In this document: positions 1 through 10,238 of the stretch, one piece after another
How the letters are laid out: each line of letters opens with the position of its first letter
How positions within the stretch are numbered: position 1 is the stretch's first letter
Assembly: GCA_902796945.1 (NCBI GenBank)
Contig: CADBQR010000041.1
Coordinates: 1-61,631 of the forward strand
Length of the DNA stretch: 61,631 nucleotides
Origin: an uncultured Acidaminococcus sp.
Lineage (GTDB): Bacteria; Bacillota; Negativicutes; Acidaminococcales; Acidaminococcaceae
Direction: 5' to 3'
Notes under the pieces: model-generated
The model's input: only the letters and a program-made list of their open reading frames with translations
The model's database searches: none
Told to the model about the DNA's origin: nothing
Program-made: the position numbers and the translations under genes

Positions 1-398
1 GCATTCTGACGAACCTGAGGATGCGCCAGGAAAATAACCGGCATCTTATCCTTCATGGCAACCTTGAAGTTCTGGCTCATAGGACGCAGCGTATCGCACA
101 GAACCGGGGTAATGATCCCGTCCAGGCCATCCAGCGTACCATCGAGCAGCATTTCCAGGGACAGCTGAGCTACCGTGCAGTAGAAGGAAGCACAGTATTC
201 CTTGGAGCGAACTTCCTGTTTGCCGTTGCAGCCCCATACACCCATGGGAACCATTCCGGCGGCATAAACCAGTTCTTCAGGAACATAGTAAGGCAGAACA
301 CCGATAGCCTTCTTGCCTTCAGCTTTATATTTGGCCAGCATGGTCTTCGGGCTGGCAGATACCTTTTTAAACTCTTCAATAAGTTCACTGATAGCCAT
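1..398 (-). CDS. hgdB: (R)-2-hydroxyglutaryl-CoA dehydratase beta subunit (partial, 3' end beyond window edge)
   Basis: Not in the ORF track. Minus-strand ATG at 398 reads MAISELIEEFKKVSASPKTMLAKYKAEGKKAIGVLPYYVPEELVYAAGMVPMGVWGCNG..., matching the HgdB N-terminus; starts 2 nt after the hgdA stop. Confidence 0.93.
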   Translation of the reverse strand, partial: MAISELIEEFKKVSASPKTMLAKYKAEGKKAIGVLPYYVPEELVYAAGMVPMGVWGCNGKQEVRSKEYCASFYCTVAQLSLEMLLDGTLDGLDGIITPVLCDTLRPMSQNFKVAMKDKMPVIFLAHPQVRQN

Positions 399-400
399 TA

Positions 401-1834
401 TTAATTCCCCTTCTTTGCGTCATTTGCTTCCATGGCTTCGACCAAGCCTTGAACACGGGTCTCATACTGAGCAGCGTTGAAGTTTCTCGGGTCAGCCTGG
501 TCACCGTCGAAACCGGCGGTCGGAATACCCAGATCCTTCGTGAAGCGACGCTGCATTTCAGGCATATAACCACTCCAAGGTTTGCAGGAACGGTTAAAGT
601 GAACCAGTACACCATCAACCTTGTTGTCGCGGATCAGGCCTTCACGCCATGCCACACCCTGTTCGATGCTGACAGAGTTAGGAGCCTTGCAATATGCTTT
701 AACGAGCCCATCCAGGTTGTCATACACAAAGCCAAAGGCAGGTGCATATACAACACCGGTGATGTTCAGGCCGTTTGCTTTAAGAGGCTTGAACAGAGCC
801 GGCAGTTTCGGCCAGCAGGGAATGCCTTCGAACATGATACGATGCTGTTCCTTGAACGGAGCCGTCGTAGTGCCTTCCTTGACATGCTGTTCCAGTTCGC
901 TGGCCAGCAGTTCGAATGCTTCAGCAGCTTCTACACGGCCACGGGCCGTAACAACGTCAGCCATATGGTTGAACAGGTCGAAGCCGTTGAACGGGGACGG
1001 TTTGTACTGCAGATAATCGCAAACCTTCAACCATGCTTTAGCGGTACGGTTAGCGTTCTGGCAGCATTGTTCAAACTTATCTTCGTCAAATTTCTTGCCG
1101 GAGATTTCTTCCATTTGACGGATTGCCGTATCCAGCTGGGAACGAATGTATTTAACGTTGGCTTCGTTTACATGATCAAATTCATTGTAAGGAACGTCGA
1201 TCATGATCAAAGGAATGTTATGACGACGGGCAATGTCTTCATACCATTTGGTCATGCAGTTGCAAATGTTGTTGCAGCACAGAACGAAGTCAGGCATAGG
1301 CATGGTCATCTGACGATACTTATGCAGGGCGTTCTGACGACGGGTCTTTTCTTCACCATCAGGAAGCGCGGCGATTTCATAGATATTATCCGTCGTAGCA
1401 TACGGTTTCATGGTCTTCGGATCCATAACGGGTTTACCGTTTTCGTCGAAGACTTTCTTGCCGTCAGCGTCTTTCATTTGTTTACCGCTGTTCGGGTTGA
1501 TGACATAATTGCCATCTTTATCCATTTTGTTGGCGCCACGATAGCCGGCAGCATAAGCCAGGGAAATACGGGCATAGCCGCAGATATCGTTATCATAGCC
1601 CAGGTCTTCAGCAGCCTGGCACATTACTTCACCGTCACGGTTAGCAGCAATGCCGGCTGCCTGGTTTTCCGGATACCCAACGTGCAGGCCGAAGGATTCA
1701 GCCAATTCGCAAGGGAATTTGGAAGAGGACCAGCCTACGGGTTCTCCTGCTTCCTTCGCTTCACGAAGTTCTCTATAAACTTTTTCTACTACGTCTCTCA
1801 AAGCCTGAACGCCAGGACTTACAACTTTCGCCAT
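401..1834 (-). CDS. hgdA: (R)-2-hydroxyglutaryl-CoA dehydratase alpha subunit
   Basis: 477 aa; motifs YPENQAA, DICGYARI, CNNICNCMTKWYE, FDGDQADPRNF; operon position hgdC-hgdA-hgdB. Confidence 0.95.
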   Translation of the reverse strand: MAKVVSPGVQALRDVVEKVYRELREAKEAGEPVGWSSSKFPCELAESFGLHVGYPENQAAGIAANRDGEVMCQAAEDLGYDNDICGYARISLAYAAGYRGANKMDKDGNYVINPNSGKQMKDADGKKVFDENGKPVMDPKTMKPYATTDNIYEIAALPDGEEKTRRQNALHKYRQMTMPMPDFVLCCNNICNCMTKWYEDIARRHNIPLIMIDVPYNEFDHVNEANVKYIRSQLDTAIRQMEEISGKKFDEDKFEQCCQNANRTAKAWLKVCDYLQYKPSPFNGFDLFNHMADVVTARGRVEAAEAFELLASELEQHVKEGTTTAPFKEQHRIMFEGIPCWPKLPALFKPLKANGLNITGVVYAPAFGFVYDNLDGLVKAYCKAPNSVSIEQGVAWREGLIRDNKVDGVLVHFNRSCKPWSGYMPEMQRRFTKDLGIPTAGFDGDQADPRNFNAAQYETRVQGLVEAMEANDAKKGN

Positions 1835-1866
1835 AGTTATCCTTCCTTCTTTTGTCAGTAAAAGCT

Positions 1867-2649
1867 TTATTTGGTAGCTTTCCGATACGCATAGAGCGCG
1901 GCGCCAAGGGCGCCATTATACTGGGCCAGGGGCGAGGTCTTGATTTCAACACCCAGGCCTTCCTGCAATGCATTGACGACACCCGTATTCTGGGCAACAC
2001 CGCCGGTCATGACCACATCCGGTACAACACCGACACGGTTTGCCAGTCCGATTACCCGGCTGGCGACGGAACGATGGATACCGGCAATGATATCAATCTT
2101 GTTTGTTCCCTTGGACAGCTGGCTGATGACTTCCGATTCAGCAAATACCGTACAGGTAGAGCTGATAGGAACGCGTTTCTTGGACTGAGCGCCCAGTTTA
2201 TCGAGGTCGCTGACCTTGACTTCCAGTACCCGGGCCATAACATCAAGGAAACGGCCAGTACCGGCAGCGCACTTATCATTCATCTGGAAATTCGTCATCG
2301 TGCCATTTTCAATGTGAATGACCTTGGCATCCTGCCCACCGATATCAATGACAGTATGTACATTCGGCCAGAGGAAATAGGCACCCATGGCGTGGCAGGA
2401 CAGCTCGCTCATCTGCTTATCCGCAATGCCTTCCAGGGAGTTACGGCCATACCCTGTTGCCAGGGTATAGGCCATTTCTTCCTTTTTCATGTGTGCATTT
2501 TCCAGGACATCGGAAATAGCGCGGCTGGGGCCGGTAGTACCGGCCCCTACGTCTACCAGGGACTTCGCCACGATATCCTTGCCATCCTTCAGGATAATGC
2601 ACTTAGATGCAGTGGAACCAATATCAATTCCGAGCGTATAGATACTCAT
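1867..2649 (-). CDS. hgdC: 2-hydroxyglutaryl-CoA dehydratase activator (ASKHA ATPase, 4Fe-4S)
   Basis: 260 aa; GIDIGSTASK, ATGYGR, DIGGQD, MNDKCAAGTGRF, STCTVFAESE. Confidence 0.96.
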   Translation of the reverse strand: MSIYTLGIDIGSTASKCIILKDGKDIVAKSLVDVGAGTTGPSRAISDVLENAHMKKEEMAYTLATGYGRNSLEGIADKQMSELSCHAMGAYFLWPNVHTVIDIGGQDAKVIHIENGTMTNFQMNDKCAAGTGRFLDVMARVLEVKVSDLDKLGAQSKKRVPISSTCTVFAESEVISQLSKGTNKIDIIAGIHRSVASRVIGLANRVGVVPDVVMTGGVAQNTGVVNALQEGLGVEIKTSPLAQYNGALGAALYAYRKATK

Positions 2650-2673
2650 TCGATAAAATCCTCCCCCAGAAAA

Positions 2674-4434
2674 TTATTTCTTCGTGAAGGTATCGAATTC
2701 TCTGATGGCTCTAGGCAGCAACATCTGATGGAACGGGCAGATAGACTTCGGATTCTGGTAAGCAGCTTCCGTGAAAGCTTCTACGTAACCGCGCAGTTTG
2801 TTGAAATCAACGATTTCGTCTACGAGGCCCAATTCAGCACAAACCTTCGGACGGGACTTGGTATGGAAAGCCTGGATCAGGTCGTTCATCTTGTCGATGG
2901 TCGGCTGCAGATCCTTGCCTGCCTTCTTATCCTTCGCCAGTCTTCTGGAGTACATGGCAACAGCAGCGGTTTCACCGTTCATTACATAGATTTCCGTAGC
3001 GGCCGTTCCAATGGAGAATGCGTTCGTATCATTGCCCTGAGGCCCGCCCAGTACATAGTGTGCAGCAGCGGAACCCTTTCTCAGGGTAATTTCGAATTGA
3101 GGAATGTTGGAAGTCTGGATGGAGTAAATCAGGGACTGACCTAAGCCAAGCAGTTCGGCCTTTTCAGCGTCATTTCCGACATCGATACCGGAAGTATCCT
3201 GGATCCAGATAATCGGCAGACGGTCTCTGCAGCAAAGAGTAACGAATTCGTTCATCTTTACCAGACCCTGACGATAGAGCTTACCGCCCAAGCCGACAGC
3301 GCCGGTCTTATATTCAGGATAGTTCATCAGCAGGCCCATGAAGTTGGCGACAACGCCGACCAGCAGGCCGTTGACCTTCGCCATACCGGTGATCATTTCA
3401 GGGCCATAGCCCTTCTTATATTCCTTGAATTCACTGTTATCGAAAAGACGGCCGATGACATTGTACATATCATAAGCTCTCTTATCGTTCAGGGGAACCA
3501 GGGAGTACAGGTCGTCGATAGGCAGGGCCGGAGCTTTCGGATCATCAACGCGGAAGAATTCCGGATTGTAGGCAGGCAGCATGCCAATATACTTTTTGAT
3601 GCCTTCCAGGACGCCTTCTTCAGAAGCATAGACTTCACGGAAGAAGCCGGTTTCGGTATAGTGGATATCGACAGCTCCAGGAGGTTCGGTCTTGCCACTC
3701 TTGGCTACGGAGTCAGCAATCTGTTCGGCCCCTTCCATATCGATATAGCCCTTCGGGCTCATACCACCAAGAATGCCGGCACCGCCGACTGCCATGTTTG
3801 CTTTTTCATGGGCAATCAGGATGGTCGGGCTGATGGAATGATAGCCGCCACCGGCAGGGTTGGTGCCATAGATTCCAACGATAACAGGGACACCCAGCTG
3901 GTTCAGTTCTGCATTGCGGAAGAACGGGGTACCACCACCACGGCGGTTCGGATAAACCTTTTCCTGTTCATCGAACTTAACACCACTGCAGTTCAGTACG
4001 TATACCAGGGGAATGTGCAGGGTCTTTGCCGTGTCAGAAGCACGGAGCAGGCATTCAGCCTGACCAGGCACCCAGGCACCGGCCAGTTTCTTGTTATCGG
4101 AAGCAACGATGACAGCCCATTTACCATTGATCCGGCCAAGGCCCTTCACAATGCTGACAGAACCGTTCTTGTTGCCTTCCGGGTTGAACAGCGTGTTCAA
4201 AGGTCTGAACGTGCCCGGTTCAACCAGCTTTTCAACGCGCTGCAGCGCGGTCAGCTGGCCGGATTCGTTCATGGATTCATCACTGCGACCGGCAGACTGA
4301 GCAGCTTTGATCAGTTCGTGAATCTCAGCTTCAATTGCTTTCAGCTGTTCTTCGTTTTCAGGATTTGCTTTTTTCAGCGGCTTGCCCACCTGGGGCAGGT
4401 GCTGAAAATATCTAGGCATAGAATAAAAGCCCAT
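2674..4434 (-). CDS. gcdA: Glutaconyl-CoA decarboxylase alpha subunit (carboxyltransferase)
   Basis: MGFYSMPRYF N-terminus and carboxyltransferase motifs (NCSGVKFDEQ, GTNPAGGGY), inside the gct/hgd operon. The ORF track uses an upstream TTG at 4440. Confidence 0.95.
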   Translation of the reverse strand: MGFYSMPRYFQHLPQVGKPLKKANPENEEQLKAIEAEIHELIKAAQSAGRSDESMNESGQLTALQRVEKLVEPGTFRPLNTLFNPEGNKNGSVSIVKGLGRINGKWAVIVASDNKKLAGAWVPGQAECLLRASDTAKTLHIPLVYVLNCSGVKFDEQEKVYPNRRGGGTPFFRNAELNQLGVPVIVGIYGTNPAGGGYHSISPTILIAHEKANMAVGGAGILGGMSPKGYIDMEGAEQIADSVAKSGKTEPPGAVDIHYTETGFFREVYASEEGVLEGIKKYIGMLPAYNPEFFRVDDPKAPALPIDDLYSLVPLNDKRAYDMYNVIGRLFDNSEFKEYKKGYGPEMITGMAKVNGLLVGVVANFMGLLMNYPEYKTGAVGLGGKLYRQGLVKMNEFVTLCCRDRLPIIWIQDTSGIDVGNDAEKAELLGLGQSLIYSIQTSNIPQFEITLRKGSAAAHYVLGGPQGNDTNAFSIGTAATEIYVMNGETAAVAMYSRRLAKDKKAGKDLQPTIDKMNDLIQAFHTKSRPKVCAELGLVDEIVDFNKLRGYVEAFTEAAYQNPKSICPFHQMLLPRAIREFDTFTKK

Positions 4435-4464
4435 GTTCAATGATCCTCCCTATTATCTCTTTTC

Positions 4465-5268
4465 TTATTTGGCTTCCGGAGCAGGAACCTTGATGAAGGC
4501 CTGGCCCGGGTCGATTTCTTCACGGATCAGTTTGATAACGGCAGGATCCGGAGCTTCCAGTTCAACAGCTCTGGATACATCCAGTTCAAAACCAGTATTT
4601 TCCAGAACGTCTTCCGGAGAAGAGGTCGGATAGTAGCCAGCCAGGTACATCCGTTTGGTCTTTTCATCAAACTTCAGGATACCACGGTCCGTAACAACCA
4701 TCTGAGGACCAACTTCACCCGGCAGGCCCAGTCTCTCACGGCCGCCAGGGCCATCGATCCAGCCAGGGCTGGTGACATAGTCAATCTTGTTCATGAAACG
4801 GCGTTTTTCATGCTGCATCATGATGATGGTGTTGGAATAGGTAGCAATGCCGTTTGCACCGCCGGAACCGGTGAAACGGGTCTTCGGATGATGATAGTCG
4901 CCGATAGAGGTGGAGTTTACGTTGCCGTACGGGTCGATCTGGGCACCGCCGATAAAGGCAATCAGACGATTTGCCTTATGCAGGTATTCGTTGATTTCGA
5001 AACCGACGAAACGGATATTCGGCCAAATGGTGCCGCAGTGAGCCATGAATCTCAGGTCGCCAACGGAACGAGGAACCTGGATCGGGGAGCAGTCCATCAG
5101 ACCACTCTCAACGATGATATGGCAATCAGGAGCATAAACTCTCTTGGCAACGCTGGCGCCGATCAGGGGAAGACCAGTACCAACGGTTACAACCTGCCCA
5201 TTTTTAATCTGCTTGGCAATGGTAACTGCCTGCATTTCCTTATTGGTATAATTCGTATAGTCAGCCAT
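4465..5268 (-). CDS. gctB: Glutaconate CoA-transferase subunit B
   Basis: MADYTNYTNKEMQAVTIAK; catalytic Glu in IIVESGL; GGAQIDPYGNVN; GSGGA. Confidence 0.96.
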   Translation of the reverse strand: MADYTNYTNKEMQAVTIAKQIKNGQVVTVGTGLPLIGASVAKRVYAPDCHIIVESGLMDCSPIQVPRSVGDLRFMAHCGTIWPNIRFVGFEINEYLHKANRLIAFIGGAQIDPYGNVNSTSIGDYHHPKTRFTGSGGANGIATYSNTIIMMQHEKRRFMNKIDYVTSPGWIDGPGGRERLGLPGEVGPQMVVTDRGILKFDEKTKRMYLAGYYPTSSPEDVLENTGFELDVSRAVELEAPDPAVIKLIREEIDPGQAFIKVPAPEAK

Positions 5269-5273
5269 CCTTA

Positions 5274-6233
5274 TTAGTCCTCCTTCGTCATGTCTACATG
5301 GTAACCCAGACCAGGAACTACTTTCAGGTTGATCAAACGGGTAGCACCCAGTTTGTTCAGATATTCATCATGATCTTTCAGATCAAAGATCCATTCTTTG
5401 CAGAATGCATCGAAGTCTTCCTGGGTCTTGGAAACGCCGTCATAAACCTTCAGGAACGGGTTATCATAGTCATACAGGCCATAGCACTGAGAAGGATGTG
5501 CACCATAAGGAGCCAGTACAACTGCGTCTACGCACATGCAGGGAATGTCGTTCTGAGTCGGATCTCTTCTGATTTCCTCATTGCTGATGATCTGTTCGCA
5601 GGTAACGATGGTATGTTTTGCCGCCATGGCAATATCGACATCCTGGAATTTACCACCCCAGATGCGAACCGTACCATCAGGAGAAGCCTGCTGAGCATGA
5701 ATGATGGCGACATCAATTTCCGGAACAGGAATGGCCAGGACCTTCTGGCTCTTGTTGAACGGGTTCTCGATTTCAACGAATTTGTCATCAGGAACCTTGT
5801 CCAGGGTCTTGCGGACTTCCTTGCTGATGCCCCATTCATCGGCCAGGCCGGAGCCCTGCATCAGGGAAACAGGCAGGAACGGCAGGCCCAGTGCGGCGGC
5901 ATGCCACATCAGGTAAACAACATCCTGAGAATAATCTTCCATGGTCAGCTTACCGGCTTCGAACCATTTTCTGAAGCGTCTGGATACGTTGGTAACACCG
6001 GAGTTTGCAGTATAGCAGTTGATATAAGCTTTGACACGACCATTCCCGATGAGCAGGTCCCAATCGCCACCGGCAGCACCGCCCAGGCCGGTCAGATCGG
6101 TAATACCCTGTCTCAGGATTTCGGATACGGCTGCATACGGTTTACGGTCCGTCGTGAATCCACCCAATGCAATGTGGTCACCACTGTGAACATACTTTGC
6201 AACAGCGTCTTTTAACGTCATTACTTTACTCAA
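5274..6233 (-). CDS. gctA: Glutaconate CoA-transferase subunit A
   Basis: TTG start after AAAGGAGG; MSKVMTLKDAV, GGFTTDRKP, APYGAHPSQCYGLYDYD. Confidence 0.96.
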   Translation of the reverse strand: MSKVMTLKDAVAKYVHSGDHIALGGFTTDRKPYAAVSEILRQGITDLTGLGGAAGGDWDLLIGNGRVKAYINCYTANSGVTNVSRRFRKWFEAGKLTMEDYSQDVVYLMWHAAALGLPFLPVSLMQGSGLADEWGISKEVRKTLDKVPDDKFVEIENPFNKSQKVLAIPVPEIDVAIIHAQQASPDGTVRIWGGKFQDVDIAMAAKHTIVTCEQIISNEEIRRDPTQNDIPCMCVDAVVLAPYGAHPSQCYGLYDYDNPFLKVYDGVSKTQEDFDAFCKEWIFDLKDHDEYLNKLGATRLINLKVVPGLGYHVDMTKED

Positions 6234-6368
6234 AGCAAAAACCTCCTTTTATAATCCATACTCTTTGCTGAAGCATGCTGAAGATCCGGAATTCTCTTCT
6301 ACCTAATAAGCCATCCCCCTTTTGAACACTCAGATTTGAATTCCGTTTGGTATGTTTCTTCATAGTAC

Positions 6369-6386
6369 AAGTGAATTATAACACAA
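6369..6386 (-). promoter_or_regulatory. Extended -10 promoter (TG-T-TATAAT) of the gct-gcd-hgd operon, overlapping a Rex-like palindrome
   Basis: Minus strand reads TTGTGTTATAATTCACTT, about 140 nt upstream of gctA in an AT-rich region. Confidence 0.55.
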
Positions 6387-6582
6387 ATAACTTTTTTTTT
6401 AAATTCAATTTTAAGGATTTGTTGTTTTTTTAACAATTTTATATGAATTCGGACAATTTTATTTCCAGAATCGCTCAAAAGCGCATCATAACTTGTTTTA
6501 TTTTACTAATTAAGAGCAAAAATTGTTAAGATACAATCTTTTTGTCCTTTTACGAAAAATAACTAAACTGAGATTTTAGCCA

Positions 6583-6613
6583 AAAACAAGGCGCCTTTAA
6601 AACAAGGCGCCTT
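6583..6613 (-). terminator. Intrinsic terminator after cca, built from a tandem 15-bp repeat
   Basis: AAAACAAGGCGCCTT twice (6583-6597, 6599-6613). The self-complementary AAGGCGCCTT units pair, followed by GTTTTTG on the minus strand. Confidence 0.7.
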
Positions 6614-6635
6614 AGTATGCAATCAGAATATAATG

Positions 6636-8090
6636 CTATTTTTGTATTTCTTTTTCTTCCTGCCTCCGCAGCCAGCCTTTACTGGCCATGAGCAGGGATT
6701 CAGGGGAATTTTCCACCGTTCCGTCCTGCACCCGGGTAAGCAGGTAGGGCATCAGGGTCCTGAGCTGCCGCCGGGTTGCCCCGATTTCCATGAGCTCCGA
6801 ACCATTCAGGTTCAGGTCGGAGGTATGCACCGGCATGGTGTAAGCCATACGGACAAGGCGGCGCCCATACATCTGGGCGTGGATCACGTCCGTCCTGGTC
6901 GCCGTTGTCGCGGCAATATCAGCAACACAGACCGCCGTAAGCTGTTTGAATGCATCCGCCATTTCCTTATTGATGCGGAACGTGCCGCTGCGGGCTTCCT
7001 TGCGGATCCAGCGCCAGGTCACGTCATCGTCCATGGCACTGACAAAGCCGAAGTGCATATGGCTGCGTACCAGCCAGGCGACCCGCCGGACCAGCTCTTC
7101 CGGCATACGAAGCCGTGTCAGGATGGCCTCCGCCATTCTGGCTCCGAGTTTTTCATGACCGTAATCCGTGGGCATGCCCTCCTGATTGACGTTTCGAACA
7201 CCGGGCCGCCCCTTGCCAACATCATGCAGCAGAATAGCCCATCCCACTTCCAGGCTGCGGTCTCCTTTATCAAGGGCACGGGCCGTATGGGTCCATACAT
7301 CATAAGGATGGTAGGAAGGATTTTGTGGAATATGGCAAAGTTCTGCCACCTCTGGCAGGATGGGAACCGCTTCATAGGTTCCATGGGCCCGGATCCGACA
7401 GCACGTCGCGGCCAATCCGCTCTGCACCATGAGATCCATCCCCCGTCCGGCATACGGACCGCAAAGCAGTTTATTCAGTTCTGTACGGACACGTTCCAGG
7501 GAAAGGCCGGAAACTCGCTCCAAATTGGCCTGAATGGCGGGAAGGATTGCTTTATCCGCATTGAATCCCAGCTGCGCGATAAACCGGCAGGCACGGAACA
7601 TGCGAAGGGCATCTTCCTGAAACCGTTTGGGAGCATTGCCCACTGTTCTCAGGACTTTCCCCCGCAGGTCATCCAAGCCATCAAAACAGTCAATCAGCCG
7701 GCCATGGGAATCAACGGCCATGGCATTGATGGTAAAGTCCCTCCGTCCCAGATCTTCCTGCAGGGTCTCACAGTACCAGACTTCCGCCGGACGATGGGAA
7801 TCGCTGCCATAGGTTTCGTTGCGATAGGAAGCAACTTCCACGGCATACCGGCCTATAAGGAGATTGACGACCCCGAAATTCTGTCCCAGTTCATCAATGA
7901 CACCGAGACCTCCCTCTTCGGCAACAATCCTGATTTCGTCGGGACGTGCATTGGTGACAATATCGTAATCATCGGGAGTCCGCCCCAGCAGAAGGTCCCT
8001 GACGGCCCCGCCAACCACGTATGCGTCAAAACCCCGCGCTTCCAGCAGGGACATGACCGTCTTCACGTACCCGGGAAAGACCAGTTCCAT
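6636..8090 (-). CDS. cca: Class II tRNA nucleotidyltransferase (CCA-adding) with HD domain
   Basis: VGGAVRD, DYD, RRDFTINAM, EDALR, HDVGKG. Start moved to MELVF because of RBS GAAAGGA. Confidence 0.85.
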   Translation of the reverse strand: MELVFPGYVKTVMSLLEARGFDAYVVGGAVRDLLLGRTPDDYDIVTNARPDEIRIVAEEGGLGVIDELGQNFGVVNLLIGRYAVEVASYRNETYGSDSHRPAEVWYCETLQEDLGRRDFTINAMAVDSHGRLIDCFDGLDDLRGKVLRTVGNAPKRFQEDALRMFRACRFIAQLGFNADKAILPAIQANLERVSGLSLERVRTELNKLLCGPYAGRGMDLMVQSGLAATCCRIRAHGTYEAVPILPEVAELCHIPQNPSYHPYDVWTHTARALDKGDRSLEVGWAILLHDVGKGRPGVRNVNQEGMPTDYGHEKLGARMAEAILTRLRMPEELVRRVAWLVRSHMHFGFVSAMDDDVTWRWIRKEARSGTFRINKEMADAFKQLTAVCVADIAATTATRTDVIHAQMYGRRLVRMAYTMPVHTSDLNLNGSELMEIGATRRQLRTLMPYLLTRVQDGTVENSPESLLMASKGWLRRQEEKEIQK

Positions 8091-8119
8091 GGAATCACAT
8101 CCTTTCAACAGCCACCTCG

Positions 8120-9520
8120 TTAAACGGGTTGGTTCAAGATGGTAAACACACCGGCCGCAAGCGCCGGATCACTTGTCAGTTTAATGGTGCAGTTGAACTC
8201 CTTTTCCATTTCCTTTACACCATGGACGCCCATCCACTCATATACGAGGGGATGCACGGAAATGACCAGGCTCCGGCTCAGGGATTGCCGTGCATAGAGA
8301 GCACGCAGGCGCCGCCGGATTTCCACATAAACGGTTTCCGGCGCTTCTACACGGCCGCTGCCCTGACACATGGGACACGTCGCATAAAGCATACCGAACA
8401 AATTACGTCTCGCCTTCATGCGGGTCATTTCCACCAGGTTCAGATGGGTCATGCCCATGACCTTGGGTTTCATTTTATCAGAGGCGAATTGCTGTCGCAG
8501 CAGGGTAAGGATCTCTTCCTGCTCCTCGGCACGGTCCATATCAATGAAATCAGCCACGATAATCCCGCCAATGTCCCGCAGCCGGAGCTGCCGGGCAATT
8601 TCCACAGCCGCTTCCCGATTCGTGGCAAGGGATGTTTCTTCCCGGTCACTTCCCTTGGCGTAGCGTCCGCTGTTCACATCAATGACCGTCATGGCTTCCG
8701 TATAGTCAAAAACCAGGTACCCGCCGCCAGGAAGCTGGACAATCCGGTCGGATATGCTCTCAATGGACTCATCCAGGCCATAAAAGGTGAAAAGGTCCTC
8801 CTCACCGCGGTAAAGAATGATCTTCACCTGGTCCAGCCCCATATCGTGAAGCAGTTCATTGACGGTATGGTACGTATTTTCATCATCTACAATGATGCTT
8901 GTAATTTCATCGGTCACATAATCCCTCAGCATACGAATGGATAGATCCAGTTCCCGATATAACAGCTGGGGACCTCTTCCCATTTTACTGCGCCGCTCCA
9001 GGATTTCCCAGTTCCTGATAAGCTGTTCCAGGTCATTTCGGATTTCCTCTTCCGAAGCCTGGGCAGCAGCGGTCCTGATGACAGCACCCATACCTGCGGG
9101 GAGCAGGAGTGCCACCATGTTCCGGAGCCGTTCCCGCATGCTCTTGCAGGTAATTTTTCGGGAAAGGGAAATTTTCCTCCCATAGGGTTCCAATACAATA
9201 TAGCGCCCCGGAAACGTGATTGCCCTTGTAATTCCAGGCCCCTTATTGCCCCGGCAATCCTTGACGACCTGAACCAGGAGCATCTGCCCCTCTGTCAGCT
9301 TCTCATCTTTTTTCAAGGTCAGGAACCCATTCTTGCCAATATTCAGATCCACAAAAGCAGCCTGAATGCCGGGCACCACATTGGCAACCCGGCCCCGGTA
9401 TACGTTCCCGACCAGGTTATCCGCTCCATGGCGTTCCACGGCATAATCCCGCAGCCTTTCATCTTCCACAAGGCCCATGCGGGTTTCCTCGGGACGAACG
9501 CTTACATAGATGGTCTTCAT
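8120..9520 (-). CDS. rng: Ribonuclease E/G family
   Basis: S1 domain (PGIQAAFVD), IDVNSG, RLRDIGGIIVADFIDM, CPMCQGSG Zn link. Confidence 0.92.
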   Translation of the reverse strand: MKTIYVSVRPEETRMGLVEDERLRDYAVERHGADNLVGNVYRGRVANVVPGIQAAFVDLNIGKNGFLTLKKDEKLTEGQMLLVQVVKDCRGNKGPGITRAITFPGRYIVLEPYGRKISLSRKITCKSMRERLRNMVALLLPAGMGAVIRTAAAQASEEEIRNDLEQLIRNWEILERRSKMGRGPQLLYRELDLSIRMLRDYVTDEITSIIVDDENTYHTVNELLHDMGLDQVKIILYRGEEDLFTFYGLDESIESISDRIVQLPGGGYLVFDYTEAMTVIDVNSGRYAKGSDREETSLATNREAAVEIARQLRLRDIGGIIVADFIDMDRAEEQEEILTLLRQQFASDKMKPKVMGMTHLNLVEMTRMKARRNLFGMLYATCPMCQGSGRVEAPETVYVEIRRRLRALYARQSLSRSLVISVHPLVYEWMGVHGVKEMEKEFNCTIKLTSDPALAAGVFTILNQPV

Positions 9521-9524
9521 GCTC

Positions 9525-10238
9525 TCAGTCCTTTATGGCTTCTTCTTCCGAAATCAAGGGTCGTTTATGACCGTTGGCATCCTCCCCATATAAATCCGTG
9601 CGGGCAATATCCGCCCTGGTAAGAGCCAGGGGAAGGCCAAAGGATCCGGACAGCAGTTCCAGGAATTCCGATGCCTTCATGCTGCCAGTTGGGGTAATCC
9701 GGATATCAAAATCAAGTTCCAGGGTTTCGCCATTCCAGGTATAGGATACAGCCGGAATATAAGCTTTGGCATCAATGACTTTATTTTTTTCCTTTCCCTT
9801 TGCTTTTCCGTGATGTTTCGTATAAGGGGCGCTTTCCGCAGCCTCATAAGCCGCAATGGCCGAAGCGGGATCAGCCCCGCAGGGGATAATGACGTGATAG
9901 GAAGCACCAGCAGCGGCGGCCATCAGTTTAGGCGCCTTATCATCAGCCAGATCAGCCCGGATAATGTGGATTCCCATGGGAAGGTTATGCCTCAGGTCTT
10001 CTACAAGACCAGCCAGGGGTCTTTTTTCCCGCAGGTAAATTTCCAGGAATTCACAGCGGCTGGTTACACCCACGCTCAGGGCAGAAGCCAGGGAAAACTT
10101 CATATGGGGATTGAAGCCCTGGGAATAGGCCACAGGAATACGGGCCCTGCGAATGGCTTTCTCCAGCGTCTTCAGGTATTCCAGATGGGAAATGAAACGG
10201 ATCCCCGATTCCTTCGTAATCTGCAGTCTCAGTTTCAT
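9525..10238 (-). CDS. Radical SAM-linked protein (TIGR03936/DUF2344-like)
   Basis: RFISHLE, AYSQGFNPH, SLASALSVG; ATGA overlap with the upstream radical SAM gene. Confidence 0.88.
   Translation of the reverse strand: MKLRLQITKESGIRFISHLEYLKTLEKAIRRARIPVAYSQGFNPHMKFSLASALSVGVTSRCEFLEIYLREKRPLAGLVEDLRHNLPMGIHIIRADLADDKAPKLMAAAAGASYHVIIPCGADPASAIAAYEAAESAPYTKHHGKAKGKEKNKVIDAKAYIPAVSYTWNGETLELDFDIRITPTGSMKASEFLELLSGSFGLPLALTRADIARTDLYGEDANGHKRPLISEEEAIKD

Noticed and set aside
449-6215. Long plus-strand ORFs (449-1861, 1852-3144, 3661-4443, 5298-6215)
   Set aside because: Antisense shadows of well-recognised hgd/gcd/gct genes; no motifs or RBS; typical of codon-biased genes.
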